From contig JARFYF010000084.1 of the NCBI GenBank assembly GCA_030265395.1, positions 82,422,254 through 82,486,253 on the forward strand: a stretch of 64,000 nucleotides of DNA, written 5' to 3'. Below are positions 46,561-60,276 of the stretch, piece by piece. The notes under the pieces are model-generated. The model searched no databases. It was not told the DNA's origin and saw only the letters and a list, made by a program, of their open reading frames with translations. How positions within the stretch are numbered: position 1 is the stretch's first letter; each line of letters starts with the position of its first letter. Source of the stretch: Rhina ancylostomus (taxonomy: Eukaryota). A program made the position numbers and the translations under genes.

Positions 46561-49500
46561 TTGTTTACCCACTCCTTTGTTGGAAACCATCTCGTGATTA
46601 CAATGTTGCCATAAAGTTACCACCACAAGCCAGCTATGGTTTCAATTTCAGGCCTCCTGGAGCTGCTAATAGAAATCCAGGTAAAGATTTGGCACAAGAC
46701 AATACAGAGTCTGTGTGGCTATTTCACAACAAGGTTTTACCTGATACTAATGAAAGGTGACACAGTCACTATCAACAGCTATTCACTCTATCATGGCCTG
46801 CATCGTTTCACTGAAGATTACATTGAGATTGTAATAGCCCAGCCCTAATAAAAATAAATTGGATTATGTGCTGTTGTTGGCATTGACTATATTGCTTAAC
46901 TGAGGCAAAGGTGAGTGACTAGATAGATGCACCATCAGCACTTCTGTGAATTTCATTCAGACTATCCCCGGAGAGTCTTAGGTTGCACAATGAGCTGACG
47001 TATCCAGGTGTTCTTTGAGGTTTTATTTGTAGTCACTGAGCTCAGACAGCAGACTGGGAGTTGAAGTCTACACTTTAATTTTATAGGATACCTTGTTTAG
47101 GAGGAGAGGGGAAAATACAAGTGGAGCTAGAGTATCCCTTCAAATGTTAATGCACAATGTTTGGCATTCACGAAACAGAAGAGGCCACCCACACAAAAGA
47201 TATCATGAAATGTTTGCAGCATTACAGTGATAATAATGGAGCTACTTCCCCTTATAAAACAGGTTTTTAGCTTTCTAAAGAGTATTCTCAGAATTAGTTT
47301 GGACGCTGATAATTTGTTTAAGGTCTATGGATTTATCAACCTTATATGCATCATTCCGTGGCAGCTGAGGTGGATTTTTTTTGCATTGGAGAGCTTTTTG
47401 TCAATTATCCCTTCACAGCTTTGAGTTACTTGCTAGTTCACTTTTAGCAAGTTAAGTGAATACATTGTGGGGTTCCATTGAGCCTTCCAATAGTAACCCT
47501 TGGTTTAGCACAGTAAGAGCAATCTGTCTGCAGATCAGGCTTTGAGACTCCAGGGTGCAAAGTGCATCTGTGAAACATCACATACCCTGGTCAGAGAGCT
47601 CCACATCCACTGATTCTCCAACACATCTTCCAGACTGCTGTGCAAGTCTGCAAAAACATTTCACAGTTGTTCTAGTGATTACTTTCAAGTTGGTAGAGGT
47701 GGCACTTGGAATGAGATGTGGAGACCCAGTCCTTGACTACACTTTGTTTAAGCACCCCACCCCTGTGGAAAAGAGAAAAGATATAAAATATCATGTTGGT
47801 GTTTGAGAGATATGCTTTCCATAGAATCAAGAGCTGATATCTTGTCTGTTATGCAGTTGATGTGCAAAATATGTCTGTGTGTCACTTAGTAAGTTGAGCA
47901 TGGGTTTCTGAAAGAGGAGTTTTTTTGATATGTGCATTTTTTAAAAATATAAGTCATGAGCAATCTGTGAAGCAAAGACAGAGGGACAAAACATTGGATA
48001 GTTGGAGGACTACCACCCCTTTATCTGTACTATAATGCATGTATTGAGATGCATGTAGTTTCTAATTGTACTTCTGGTGAGGGGCATGCTATTCAAGTTG
48101 AATCAGCTATTTTATGGTGATCCACAAACTGCAGTACTCTAGCAGTGTGGTATGTAAGCATGTGTGAAAGAACAAAATGTAGTGTTCAAGCTTATAATGT
48201 TCCCTCTATCATTTCTAATGCACCAGAGCCTTTATGGAAAGCATGCAATTTCTGAAGACTAACATGCTACTTATCCTGAGTTTGTTGTGATGATACAACA
48301 TTTATTTATGGGATGGAGTCGTGCTGACAAACCTGGCATGAATTGCCCATTCCTGACTGCTACTGAGAAAGTAGTAATGAGCTGCCATCTTGAACTGCTG
48401 TAGCCCTTCATCTAAAGAAGATAGGAAATATCCTCAATACTTCAGCCACCTACATCAGGATGTTTGCAAAGCTTTTCCAGATTCATGCATGGGATGCCTG
48501 TGTCACTGACAATATAAGCATTTAATGTTCATTACTCAGTTTCTTTGAGGAGGACATGATGCCCTGGACTATTGTAACCTTGTACTGAAGTCATTCTCAC
48601 AGNNNNNNNNNNTAGTGATACATTTCAAAAATGGGACTTTCAATTGGCATGTTCCCATCTGCTGCTGTTCTTTTGGGAGATAGAAATTGTAGGTTTGGGT
48701 GGTGCTGTCAAAAAAGCCTTGGTGAATTGCTGCATTTCATTTTGCAAACAGTAATGGTGCAGCCACGGTGTGTAGGTGGGGGGGCAAAGGGTTGCATTGT
48801 CCTGGATGGTGTCAAATTTTTTGAGTTGTATTGGATCTGTCCTCATGCAGGCAAGTGGATGGCATTCCAGCTGATCCAGATTTGAGCTTTGTTAAATCTA
48901 GAAAGATTAGAAAATCAGGAAATATGCCATGAACCATTAAGTAGCCAGCCACTAATGATATCTTGTATCCCCATAGTATTCAAGTGGTTGATTTTGTGGC
49001 CAGTGGTGAAAAACACATTTCCTGTACTGGTTTCTGGTAACCAGTATGATCTTAAGGCTTTTGCTCATACTTCCCTGGCAGTGAAACCTACTAGCCAGAT
49101 GTTTTCATCCATTGTGGTTTTTTGTCTGCCTTGAAACCTCTTGCATACTGCTGGTGCTTTAGCGGACACTGTCTGTTAACAGAACCTGCACAAGTATGGC
49201 AGTCATCTGTTCTAACCAGAGGGATTAGTTGCAATTGACTATCCAGGGCAATAGTTTGATTGGTCAATCTATGTACAAACATATTTATAAATTTGTCTGG
49301 AGTAAAATGCCAGGCAGTTAAGAATGGAATCTCNNNNNNNNNNNNNNNNNNNNNNNNNNNNNNNNNNNNNNNNNNNNNNNNNNNNNNNNNNNNNNNNNNN
49401 NNNNNNNNNNNNNNNNNNNNNNNNNNNNNNNNNNNNNNNNNNNNNNNNNNNNNNNNNNNNNNNNNNNNNNNNNNNNNNNNNNNNNNNNNNNNNNNNNNNN

Positions 49501-51044
49501 NNNNNNNNNNNNNNNNNNNNNNNNNNNNNNNNNNNNNNNNNNNNNNNNNNNNNNNNNNNNNNNNNNNNNNNNNNNNNNNNNNNNNNNNNNNNNNNNNNNN
49601 NNNNNNNNNNNNNNNNNNNNNNNNNNNNNNNNNNNNNNNNNNNNNNNNNNNNNNNNNNNNNNNNNNNNNNNNNNNNNNNNNNNNNNNNNNNNNNNNNNNN
49701 NNNNNNNNNNNNNNNNNNNNNNNNNNNNNNNNNNNNNNNNNNNNNNNNNNNNNNNNNNNNNNNNNNNNNNNNNNNNNNNNNNNNNNNNNNNNNNNNNNNN
49801 NNNNNNNNNNNNNNNNNNNNNNNNAATCTCTCAATTTGGCTAATTGGTACTTTGGTGCACCTTAACTCATCAGAGTCATGAGGAAGCCATTCAGCCTAAA
49901 TTTCTAAAGGTGACTATTTAAAAGCTGTCTAATCAATCCCACTTCCCTACATGTCCCCATACCTCTGTAATTATGTTTTACTCAAAGTATGTATCTATTT
50001 TCTGAGCTGTATTTAAATATGAAAAAACTGTAGCAGGCATGTTAAATTTAGTGTTATGAACTGGCATCATTCTTGATTCTTACTTGGGGCCCCCCATAAC
50101 AGTCCTGGTGGCACATTGAAGAAAATCAGAAATTGGCCCTGCTGTCATTTACCTTGTTGATTCAAGTTGAATTTTAAAAAATTGTCTTCACTGTTAAGGT
50201 GAAAGTTATCTTTGTCAGCTGCTACAGTTGCATACAGAAGTGATCTGAGGTTGTCTTAATTTGTTTCCTCATAGACAAAGGTCAGCCCGTAATTGTCTTC
50301 AGCTTGACACCAATTAGCACTAATCAAGGATTGTTGTTTGGGAAATAGAAATATCCTATTGGTCTTGTATGAGTTTGAGATTAGATTTGTATTGGATGGT
50401 GGTTATAAAAGGCTTTACTTTGCAGCTAATTTCTACAATTGTGACAATTTTAAAATTATCTAATTGATTATAAATTACTTTGAGGTATCCTAATGTGGAA
50501 AGGATGATGGAGATGCAAGATGTTTCTTTCTAATTGTTTGTGGGTTTATTAGGAATGCAAATGTTCCTTCCATGACTCCCTGCTTCAATTTCAGTCACTA
50601 CTAATGACTCCTCTCATTTTTCATTCCTGTGCAAGTGCAGTAAATATAATGTTTCCTCTTCAATCTCTGCCCTTCATGGTACCTAGATTCCTAAATACCC
50701 TGACCAGGTGCCAAAGTAATTGTACTGCTTTCAATGTAACATATACATTAAGCACTGACAATGCACTCTCCTCCATACTGAGGAATTAAATGTAGGTTTA
50801 GTGATTATTTAGTGGAGTGCTTCTATTGAATCTGTAGGCATGACCCAAGCTTCCAGTTGGCTACTGCTTTAATTCTCTGGCCAAAACTCATTCTAATATC
50901 AGTTTCCTACTTTGTACTAGTGAAGTTAGTCTTTAAGCTCAGTCACCCTCTAGTCAAGCACATTGGACCACGCTGAATTATAGGTAATGATTTTTCTATT
51001 TGCCATTTCACTTCCAGCAACATTTTTTGTTTCTTTCCTGCCCC

Positions 51045-51305
51045 ATTACAACCTTTCCTATCCTATCCTATTCCTAAAGGTTTAGACCTTCTCTATAAGT
51101 GTACCTTTCCAAGAACCCTTTAAATGTTCTTAATGTACCTGCCTCAACCACTTGTTCTGGCAGCTCACTCCATATATGAACCACTCTCTGGGTGAAAAAA
51201 GTTCCAATGAAATAAGTCCCAACCTGTTGAACCCCTCTCCATAGCTCAGTCCCTCGATTCCTGGCAACATCCTTGTAAATCTCATCTGCACTCTATCCAG
51301 CTTAA
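51045..51305 (-). mobile_element. CR1 3' fragment
   Basis: KLDRVQMRFTRMLPGIEGLSYGEGFNRLGLISLE. Confidence 0.8.
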
Positions 51306-51519
51306 AAAGGCTTTTAGAGTTTGCACATTTGGAACATTCCATTAGATCAACCTAGACAAGTCGGTGAATTGTGCATTTTGTAGATGGTACATGTTGCACA
51401 CACCATGCACTGGAAATGAAGGGAATGAATGTTTATCGACAACTCCTTTGTCCTGGGTAGACTGATAATGGGAAACCAGCTTGTCATTTTCAGTTTTTAA
51501 TTATTTAGACTGTGACTTT

Positions 51520-51740
51520 TACCACCACAGGAGTTCCCAGACCTTTTTTGAACCCAATTATGTCAGTTTTGAATTGTAGTCACAGTTGTATCGTAGCCAA
51601 GGTGTACACAGCAAGATCTCACAAATTGCAGCATGATAATGATCAGATAATCATTTAACCACCAAAATGTCAGACTAGGGTTTTATCTTGACCTCATCTG
51701 TATGTGATGCAGCACTACCTCAGTGCTGAGCCTATGTTCG
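51520..51740 (-). mobile_element. Deu-domain SINE fragment
   Basis: TGTAGTCACAGTTGTA…CACAGCAAGATCTCACAAA…GATAATGATCAGATAATC…TGCAGCACTACCTCAGT. Confidence 0.6.
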
Positions 51741-52971
51741 GACCTTTTTCTATTTTCCAATTCATGCTGGCACTTCTTCTAAGTCAAGTGGGCACTTTAT
51801 CCTCATCCCACTTCAGCTGAACGTTTGTTTTAATCTGACTTCCTTTCTGTGTTCTTTCACCTTGTTTGCCCTCATCTCACGGTGTCACTGTTAGGCTTTC
51901 CTCTTTCATCCTCACTTTCTACTGCCCATCTCTCATTCAACCCGCCCAGGTTCTTTTCCATGTACCAAGTCCGGCAGCACTGGAAAGGCATGTTGATTGT
52001 TATCAGTGAAGGCCAACAGACAGACTGAGTCCTTCTTACAGAAATTCAGCAGTAGTTGTGCATAATGAATGGTAGTAGGGTGGGAAACTCTGTTGACTAA
52101 CTTAGTTATGGAATAATAAAGTACAGAAAGAGGCCATTTGGTCTATTGTGTCAAATGCAAACTCTTCTGTTAATAATCATGAAGCTGTTTCAGAGACCCT
52201 TCTTCAAGTAGAAACACTATATCCTTGTGTACACTATCCAAACCCTTCATAATTTAGCACACCTGAAATAATTCCCACCTCCATTTTTAACACAATTAAT
52301 CCCTCTGGCCATACTTCTACCAAAGAGCAGGGAAATCACACAAGGAATAACTAGATGGGTCAAAGTACAGTTCCTATGAGCTCTGCTCCATTTCAATTGA
52401 AGGTGACAATTTTCATTTTATTGGATTTTTTTTCTTAAGTGCATGAAAGATTGACTGGAGCCCAGCTGTGACACTGGTGACATCCCTAACAGACTGAAAC
52501 ATATCATCACAGGACATTAACAGAACAGACAGATAGCACCTCAACTCCAGTGCACAGTAAATATATATCATTGCAGTAAAATGTTTTGCGAGATCATTTG
52601 ACACCTACAGTCTGACTGTTCATTATATACAGATTAACATATTTAAAAAGTCATTGTTTTTCTCAGAGAGATTGGCGGGGATGCAAAAAATCTGTGCAAA
52701 TACTTATTAAGGGAATATCATGTTAAGCGTGCTTGATGACTGGAAATGGATGATATCAGTGAAGATCAGACTTGTATAGAGCTTGCTCAATAAAAGAGGG
52801 CTGTGTATGATTTATTTTAGTTTGTTCTTGGGGAACAGATACCATTGCCAGCATTTATGTCCCTGAGAAAGTGTTGATGGCCATTGTTTTTGAACTGCTG
52901 CACAGCTTACAGTAAAGGAACTGTCACACTGCTGGTAAGCAACGAGTTTCAGGTTTCTGAATCAGTTGTGA

Positions 52972-52974
<3 letters not shown>

Positions 52975-53013
<39 letters not shown>
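52975..53013. repeat. (AT)n microsatellite
   Basis: Perfect AT run. Confidence 0.97.
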
Positions 53014-53015
<2 letters not shown>

Positions 53016-55451
53016 TTAGCAATTGTTATTGACTTGTGGTGAATAAATGTAATCCAGTTTGCTTTTAATTTATTTATGGCAAATAATTTTCTTCCTCAAG
53101 GCCAGGTTTGCATTTACTCAAAAAGTCCCAAGGAGTCCTTGTAATTGTAATGTTCTACATCTACAGGGTTAACTGTGTGTGTAAAAAAAACTCTGTCAAC
53201 GTACAAAACATTTGAATTGCAATTCCTGAGCTCTTAAAAGTGTGCAACAATGTATGCTAATATTGCTTGACTATTTTAAAATGCAGCTGAAGGATCGTTC
53301 ATTGTCCTTCATAACATAAAATGGCCACTGTGGAATACAATAAATGGCACTTAATGCTGATGTAGTTAATGTTTAACATTTATTTCCAAACAACACTTTC
53401 TCAGGCACCAATTGACTCTCATTACTTTGAAATCATTACTATTGGTTTTTGTTTAATGAGGATAGTCTGATAAATAGAGGGCATGCAATAAGAAATGCTA
53501 CAATCCTTTGGTTATNNNNNNNNNNNNNNNNNNNNNNNNNNNNNNNNNNNNNNNNNNNNNNNNNNNNNNNNNNNNNNNNNNNNNNNNNNNNNNNNNNNNN
53601 NNNNNNNNNNNNNNNTACAGTGAAGGAAGCTCATGGATTTTATGAAGCCCTTTCTCATGTGTGGATTCTTGCCAGCAGGCTGTTTCTCTGCATTTCTACT
53701 CAATTAAAAACATTCATCTTAATCATCTTCTTTAAACCTCTGTTTCCTTCATGGATTTCAATAATATCTCCTGGTATTTTATAAAGCAATTCTGTTCTTT
53801 TCCGAAGATATTGGAAAATTGAAATGAAATATATATGCAGATAGCCTTTCTCCTGTTTTCAGTAACAAAATTTATAACAGTTTGGGAAACTGACAAGCAG
53901 AGTTGACTAAAAACTAAGGTTTTCTCTGCAGGTTTGCCCAGGAAGCTAGCAAGTCTAAAAGTGATGAGTTTCTGTTCCATTATTAAACAGTTAGTGTGAA
54001 AAGTTAAATGGTCAGTTTCTGTTCTGAATTTGAAGTTTTAAAAAAATATTTTACCCAACAGGCATTCTTGTATGGTTTACAAGAGCGGAATGCAAAGATA
54101 AAGAAATTTTGCTCAAGTTGATGCATCTTAAAAACAATAAATAGAATTACAAAGGAAGAATTTATTGTATTGGATGAAATTGTAAAATGATGTATTTAAG
54201 TATGTTAGATATTGTATTACAAAATTGGGGAATAATGTTGCATATTTTTATCTGTCATTAAAAAAAATAAAAATTTTGTTTATGTGCAATGTCACAATCA
54301 CATCAGTTATAAACAGTTCACACTTATGTCTCCTGCTTTCTATAAAATTAATGGTGCTTATTGTTATGATGGATAATTTCTGTAACTAACTACTATTAGT
54401 TAAAAAGAAAGCCCTCTGCATACTCTTTGTCTGGAGGGTGAACCTTTTGATCTTGAGAACTTCACTCAGCGGCATATGAAAGTCAGAAGCTGTATTGAGC
54501 TGTGTTTTCCACAGTTTGTTCCCGCAAATTTGTTTCAGTAAATGGGCTCCTTTTGATTTCCATCAAGATGTTTGAATCAAAAGGCTTCAAATGTAATACC
54601 AGTCCCTAAATCCAGCTTCATCCTGGAAGGTTTTTTTCCTATTCAATTGTTTTTCCAAAAGCTTTGACTGATGCAGAAACATTTTCAAAAGAAATTAGTT
54701 TTCGTTGTATAATTACTCAAGAAAACTCTTAAGCCCCTGTTAATGGTTGTTGGTGAACTCACTCACTCTTTTAAACATTTCCATATTCAGCACAAAAACT
54801 GACAGAAGGAAACTTCAGTGTCCAGCCATGCCCTGGTATGTTCTAACTTCTGCAGACCTGCTCAGATCCCATTCAGACTTTCTGTTGGATCAGATTTAAA
54901 TGAAGATCTGCCAGTCTTGAGATCTGGAAGCAAATGGGAAGATTTTCTTTAGTTATTTCAGTTTAATATTTTAATTATTACTTTATGTATTTATATTCTA
55001 AATTTTTCTTACTTTTCAGAAATTATTTACAGCACGTTTAATAGTTTGCAAACTTCTCTTGATATTGGAGATATTGAAAAACTACTTTTAACAAAGAAAG
55101 CCTCCCAGTTTCGATAGGAGACAAAACTCTGTCATCACTATTGCCTCCTGTCAAAGGCTGTTAGGACATTCTAAAGATGGCAGGTCAGCCTGTTGAAGCC
55201 ACATAACTTACCAGACTCTGGGTGCACCACATCAGCTAGACTGGCCCCCTGCATCTGACTTGTGTAAGTTGTGGCAGGCAGGGGCTGCAGGTGAAGAGCT
55301 GAATCTAACTTGATTTGGCTCATTGTTCCTTCTCCCAGGGTAGCAATGGAACTTGGTACAAGAAAGCTGAGGACCATTTCTCCATTTCCAATTTCTTGTA
55401 CATCCCTTTCTTGCTTGGCTTGTCATGCACTCACCAAACAGGTCCTAAACA

Positions 55452-56803
55452 TTGAACATAAAATATAGAAAAGTACAGCACAAGTCATTTGGCCCATGAT
55501 GTCTGTGCTGACCATGTTGCCAATTTAAACTGCACATCTGCCTGCACATGGTCTATATCCCTCGATTCACTGCCGGTTCATGTGCCTGTGTAAATGCCTC
55601 AATCATTGCTGTCATATCTGCTTCCACCACCTCCCCGGCAGCACGTTCCAGACACCTACCACACTCTGTGTGAAAAAGGAACTTTCCTTGTAAATCTCCT
55701 TTAAACTTTTTTCCCTTGCCTTAAATCTACACCCTCTAGTCTTTGACATTTCCATCCTGGGAGAAAGACTCTGACTTTCTAGACTATATATGCCTCTCAT
55801 TTGATATACTTCCATCAGGACGACCTTCAGCCTCCAAAGCTCTAGAAAAAACAACCCAAGTTTGTCCAACCTCTCCTTATAGCTAATACTCTCTAATCCA
55901 GGCAACATCCTGCTAAACCTCTTTTGCACCGTCTCCAAAACCTCTACATCCTTCCTGCAACACAGTGACCAAAACTGCACACAATACTCCAAATGTGGAC
56001 TAAACACTGATTTATACAGCTGCAGTATGGCGCACCAAATTTCATATTTAATGCCCTGACTGATAAAAGCAAGTGTTTCATATGCCTTCTTCACCACCCT
56101 GTCTGCTTGTATTGCCACTTTCAGTTAGCCATTTTCAGGGATTATGGACTTGTACCCTAATATCCCCCTGTACATCAATACTCGAAAGGGTCCTGCCATT
56201 TATTGTATACTTTCCTCTTACATTTGACCTTCAAAAATGCAACTCCTCACACTTGTCCGGATTAACCTCCATTTGCCATATCTCTGCCCATATTTCCAAC
56301 TGGTCTATATCCTGCTGTTTCCTTTGACAACCTTCCTCACTATCCACAACTCCACCAATTTTTTGTGCCATCTGCAGACTTGCTAATCCGCCCACCTACA
56401 GTACATATTTGTCCAAGTCATTTATATGTAAAACAACGGAGGTCCCAATACTGATCCGAAAAGAACACCACTGGTCACAGAACTTCAGTCAGAATAATAT
56501 TGCTCCACCACTAGCCTCTATGTTCCATTGCCAACCCATTTTGAATCCAATTTACCAATTCACTGTGGATCCCATGTGCCATAATCTTTTGAATTAGCCT
56601 ACCATGAGGGACCTTGTCAAATGCTTTACTGAAGTCCATGAATACCAGATCTATTGTCCTATTCTCATCTTCATCACCTCAAACAGCTCAATCAAATTTG
56701 GAAGACATGATCTCCCCTCCACAAAACCATACTGACTATTCCTATTATATTTATGCTTTTCCAGATGCGAGTAGATCCTATCACTGAGAATCTCCTCCAA
56801 TAA
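55452..56803 (-). mobile_element. CR1 LINE RT and 3' end, inserted in an L2 3' fragment
   Basis: SQYGFVEGRSCLPNLIELFE; AAGTCTGCAGATGGC on minus (KSADG); LQLYKSVFSPHLEYCVQFWS…VQKRFSRMLPGLE. Confidence 0.92.
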
Positions 56804-57224
56804 AATTATGGGCACCTCTCTATCTTTCTCAAGTCCTTTGAAACTCAGCTTAAAGCCTTTCCCTTTGACCAAACTCCTGGTCACTCTGCCTCACGTTTGT
56901 TACTTTGTGTCCCTCTCAGTTTTTGCCTGCTTATGCTCTCATGAAGCACTTCAGAATATTTGTATTGCAGGAGGGTTGGAGTTAAAAAGTAACAAAGTCT
57001 AGATTTGATTTTTACAAGGCTTTGGTGAAATCTCTTTTGGAGTTGTAGTATCTTTAAATTCTTCAAGACTGCTGCTTACGTCCTTTATCGAAAGTAGTAG
57101 ACTCTCAACTAAACAGCAGTGGCTGGTACAGCAGTTATATGGTACACTCAGTTCTTAAAGTACTCTTATTTCATATACAATACAGAAGGATGATATGTCT
57201 CTGCATTTAAAAAAGGACATATTC

Positions 57225-57610
57225 ACCCCATAATCAAGAGTTTAGAAGATTGAAAGGTGCTATCACTGAAGTCTGCAAGACTCTTGAGAGAGATTGATAG
57301 TGTAGATACTGTGGAGATGTTTCCTTCAGCTTGAGGGTCTGGCAACTAGAAGCATGGCTTTGGGATAAGGGGTGGGTATTTCAAGAACCAAAATGGAATT
57401 TGGGATTCAAATAATTATGAACCTTCGGAATTCTTCATCTCAGAGGGTTTTATCACTAAGCTGTTCAGTATATTCAAGGCTGTGATTAATAGATTTCTGG
57501 AACTATATGGGAATTGGTGGGAAAGTAGACTTGAGACACAGGATCAGTAGTGGTCTTTTTGAATGGCAAACTCAAGACCTGGGTGGCTTATCACTCCTAT
57601 TTCCAGTGTG
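57225..57610 (+). mobile_element. Decayed CR1 3' end
   Basis: GAGTTTAGAAGATTGAAAGGTG…GGAGATGTTTCC…CAACTAGAAGCATGG…ATATTCAAGGCTGTGATTAATAGATTT. Confidence 0.75.
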
Positions 57611-57974
57611 TTTTGATTTTTTCTGAACTAAATTTGCTACATTCTTCTTGTTTCATTGCAGGTGCATTATGCATCCAGTAAAAATCTTCAGCACCCATTT
57701 ATGATACAGATTGGCAATTATTGCTAATGATATCTCTGCCAGTTCTAATGATTCCAAATAAATTGTATAGAATCTGATGATGTGAACTGAGCCTGCTCTC
57801 ATTTTAATTAGCCTTCCCAATCCTTCCCTCTCTAACCCTCTAATGCTTTAATGCCACATTCACTCATCAAACCTCTCCTTAATGCATCAGTTTCACTTCT
57901 TCATATCAAAAAATCCTCCCAAGTTCTTTGCATGATATGCTTGAATAAACATTAATTATCAAAATATCTTCTGT

Positions 57975-58830
57975 GATTTTAGGACATAAAAAAATGCTTT
58001 GCAGATTATTGTAATATAACATGACAGCACCTTTGCGTACAACCAGCTCCATACAAAGAGCAATTAATGCTCAAATAATCTATTTTAGTAAAGCTATTGA
58101 TAGATAAACATTGTTGAGATCTGTTTTCAGAAAAAATCGCATGGAATTATCTGCATCTATCATGAGAACATGATATAATTATCTTATCCAAAATACAGTG
58201 CTTTATAGCATTTCAGCACTCATCCAGCCTGGGTTTGGTGTGCAAATCTCTGTTAGGATGTCTCAAGATCATGAATGATATTATGTTAATCAAAGCATAT
58301 CATTCAAAAACTTCAGAGGCTTTTTAACACAAAATTGTGAAATTGTGGAACTCATTGTAGACAAGTTTGAGCTCTCAGCACCCCTCCAAGTCAGATGACT
58401 TACCAGTAACCCATGACTGACTAGTTTGAGTTGCTTATCCAGTCTTATAGCAGGAAATGAATTTGTTGTCACTCCAAGTGTTAAAGGGCAACTCAAACTT
58501 TCCTCCAAGCCAGTATGCTTTTGGACTATAAGGAGAGTACTTTCCTTGTGACCAGAGTAAAAACATTACAAAATTTTCAGTAGTGTTTATGGGCACATTT
58601 GTCCAGAGATATCTGTATAATACAATGCATGGTGTCTGTTCTCTTGATGTTCTGCCATTATTTATCTCAACCAATGTCACTTAAAAATGGATTATTTATT
58701 CATCTTCCCATTAGTGTTTCTGGAACCTTACTGTGGGCAATTTGGTTGTTTTGTTTCACAACACTACAAAAAGTTTCTCAAAGGTTGTTAAGCACTGTGA
58801 GATACCTTGAGGTCAAAATAAACTTCTAAT
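57975..58830. mobile_element. Two oppositely oriented decayed Deu-domain SINEs (about 57975-58260 minus, 58570-58830 plus)
   Basis: The plus copy has ATTTATCTCAACCAATGTCACTTAAAAATGGATTAT…CTGTGGGCAATTTGGTTG. The minus copy has the reverse motifs. Confidence 0.5.
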
Positions 58831-60180
58831 CTTTTCTTTGCAGAACCCAACTGGTCATTTTGACTTTCTGTTATTGGTCTGTTGTGCGACAGTATGAAAA
58901 GAGGCTAAAACTATAATGTCAAATAATAACTCCTTGGTATTCATTTTTGCAGAAAACCTATAGCACAAATGAAACTCGGGAGGAGGAGGGATCTGTGTGA
59001 ACATGTTTAGGAGCAGGGGAAGAAAGAGACAGTGATAAATAGAAAGGTTTATGGCCTGTATTTCTAAGTGCCATTTAACATGAACTTTATAAAATGTGTT
59101 TTATAAATCTGTTATTTCCTGAATTTTCTAAAATTGTCAGATACTTTTCACACAACTGGAGAACATCTCCCTTCCCTTCCTGTATATATCTATGTATTTT
59201 CTACAATTCCACTTCCACTACCATGGCACAGCATTTCAAAATGATAACTTTCATGTTTGCTATTTCTTTCTTCCTATCTATTTTCTTTATGTACTTATTG
59301 CAGACATTCCTCCACTGTACTGAGTTTCCTCCTTTGATCTGACATCATGTTTTATATCACTGGTGTTGAGCATACAGTGGGATAGGGCAAAGGATCGATT
59401 TTGATGTTGATCATTGCCTTAACAATAAAATGAAGTGAAAAGATCCACTGCCATAGAAGTGCTGTCTTAGAAGAAAATACAGAAATACATCGTGCCCAAA
59501 TGGAGGGAGGCCATGTTGGCCTTTTGCTGTCCACTGATCTGTTATGTAATAGCTGTCAACTGGAATAATGGATTTTGATAGATAATACCTATGCAGTTTT
59601 AAAGCTCAGAAGTGTCTCTGCCTGATAAAACTTGTATCAATCTGCCATTTTTTTGATGGCTATGTGATTAAGCTACATGCATTGTTCAAGTCAAGACACC
59701 ACTGCTGTTTGGAATGTTTGTGGGTAAATTTTGTTGTAATATATTTTAATACTTACGTTATCAGGAAGTATGTTTTTAATATTGTATTATTATAAACTGA
59801 GAGAGTCTAACTCCTGCTAAGGGGTGATGATGATTAACCAGTGCAGCAACACAAAAGTCCTATGTTATATGAGATACTGATTCACCCCATTCTATAGACT
59901 GGTCTCCTGTTATTGATGACTAATGTAGGAGCAGGAGTAGAATTAGCCCCTTGAGCCTGTCCCATCACTGAACGAGATCATGGCTGATCTTCATCTTAAC
60001 ACCATCAATCTACCTTGGCTGGCTGTATACCCTTATCTAATAAATCAAGCTCAGATTTTAAATTATTTGCTTAATAAATATTTATGATTTTCTGTGGATG
60101 AGAGGCTCATTGCTGCTGCCACCCTTTGTGTGAAGAAATGTCTCCTCACTTCTGGTATTAAGGTTAAATGTTCTTGTCAT

Positions 60181-60276
60181 AAATATCGAAAATGCTGGAA
60201 AACCTCAGCAGGTCAGATAGCATCTGTGGAAAGAGAAACAGTTGACATTTCAGGTTGAAGACTCTTCATCAGCACT
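60181..60276 (-). mobile_element. Penelope-associated short repeat with hammerhead motif
   Basis: GAAAATGCTGGAAAACCTCAGCAGGTCAGATAGCATCTGTGGAAAGAGAAACAGTTGACATTTCAGGTTGAAGACTCTTCATCAG. Confidence 0.8.
60239..60276 (-). ncRNA. Minimal type-I hammerhead ribozyme motif with GUC cleavage triplet
   Basis: Minus strand: agtg-CTGATGA-agagtc-ttc-aacct-GAAA-t-GTC-aactg. Core boxes and GUC intact; stem II imperfect. Confidence 0.65.

Noticed and set aside
55612-56118. 168-aa ORF as a host gene
   Set aside because: It is the RT C-terminus of a CR1 LINE in a copy with frameshifts and a mutated catalytic motif.
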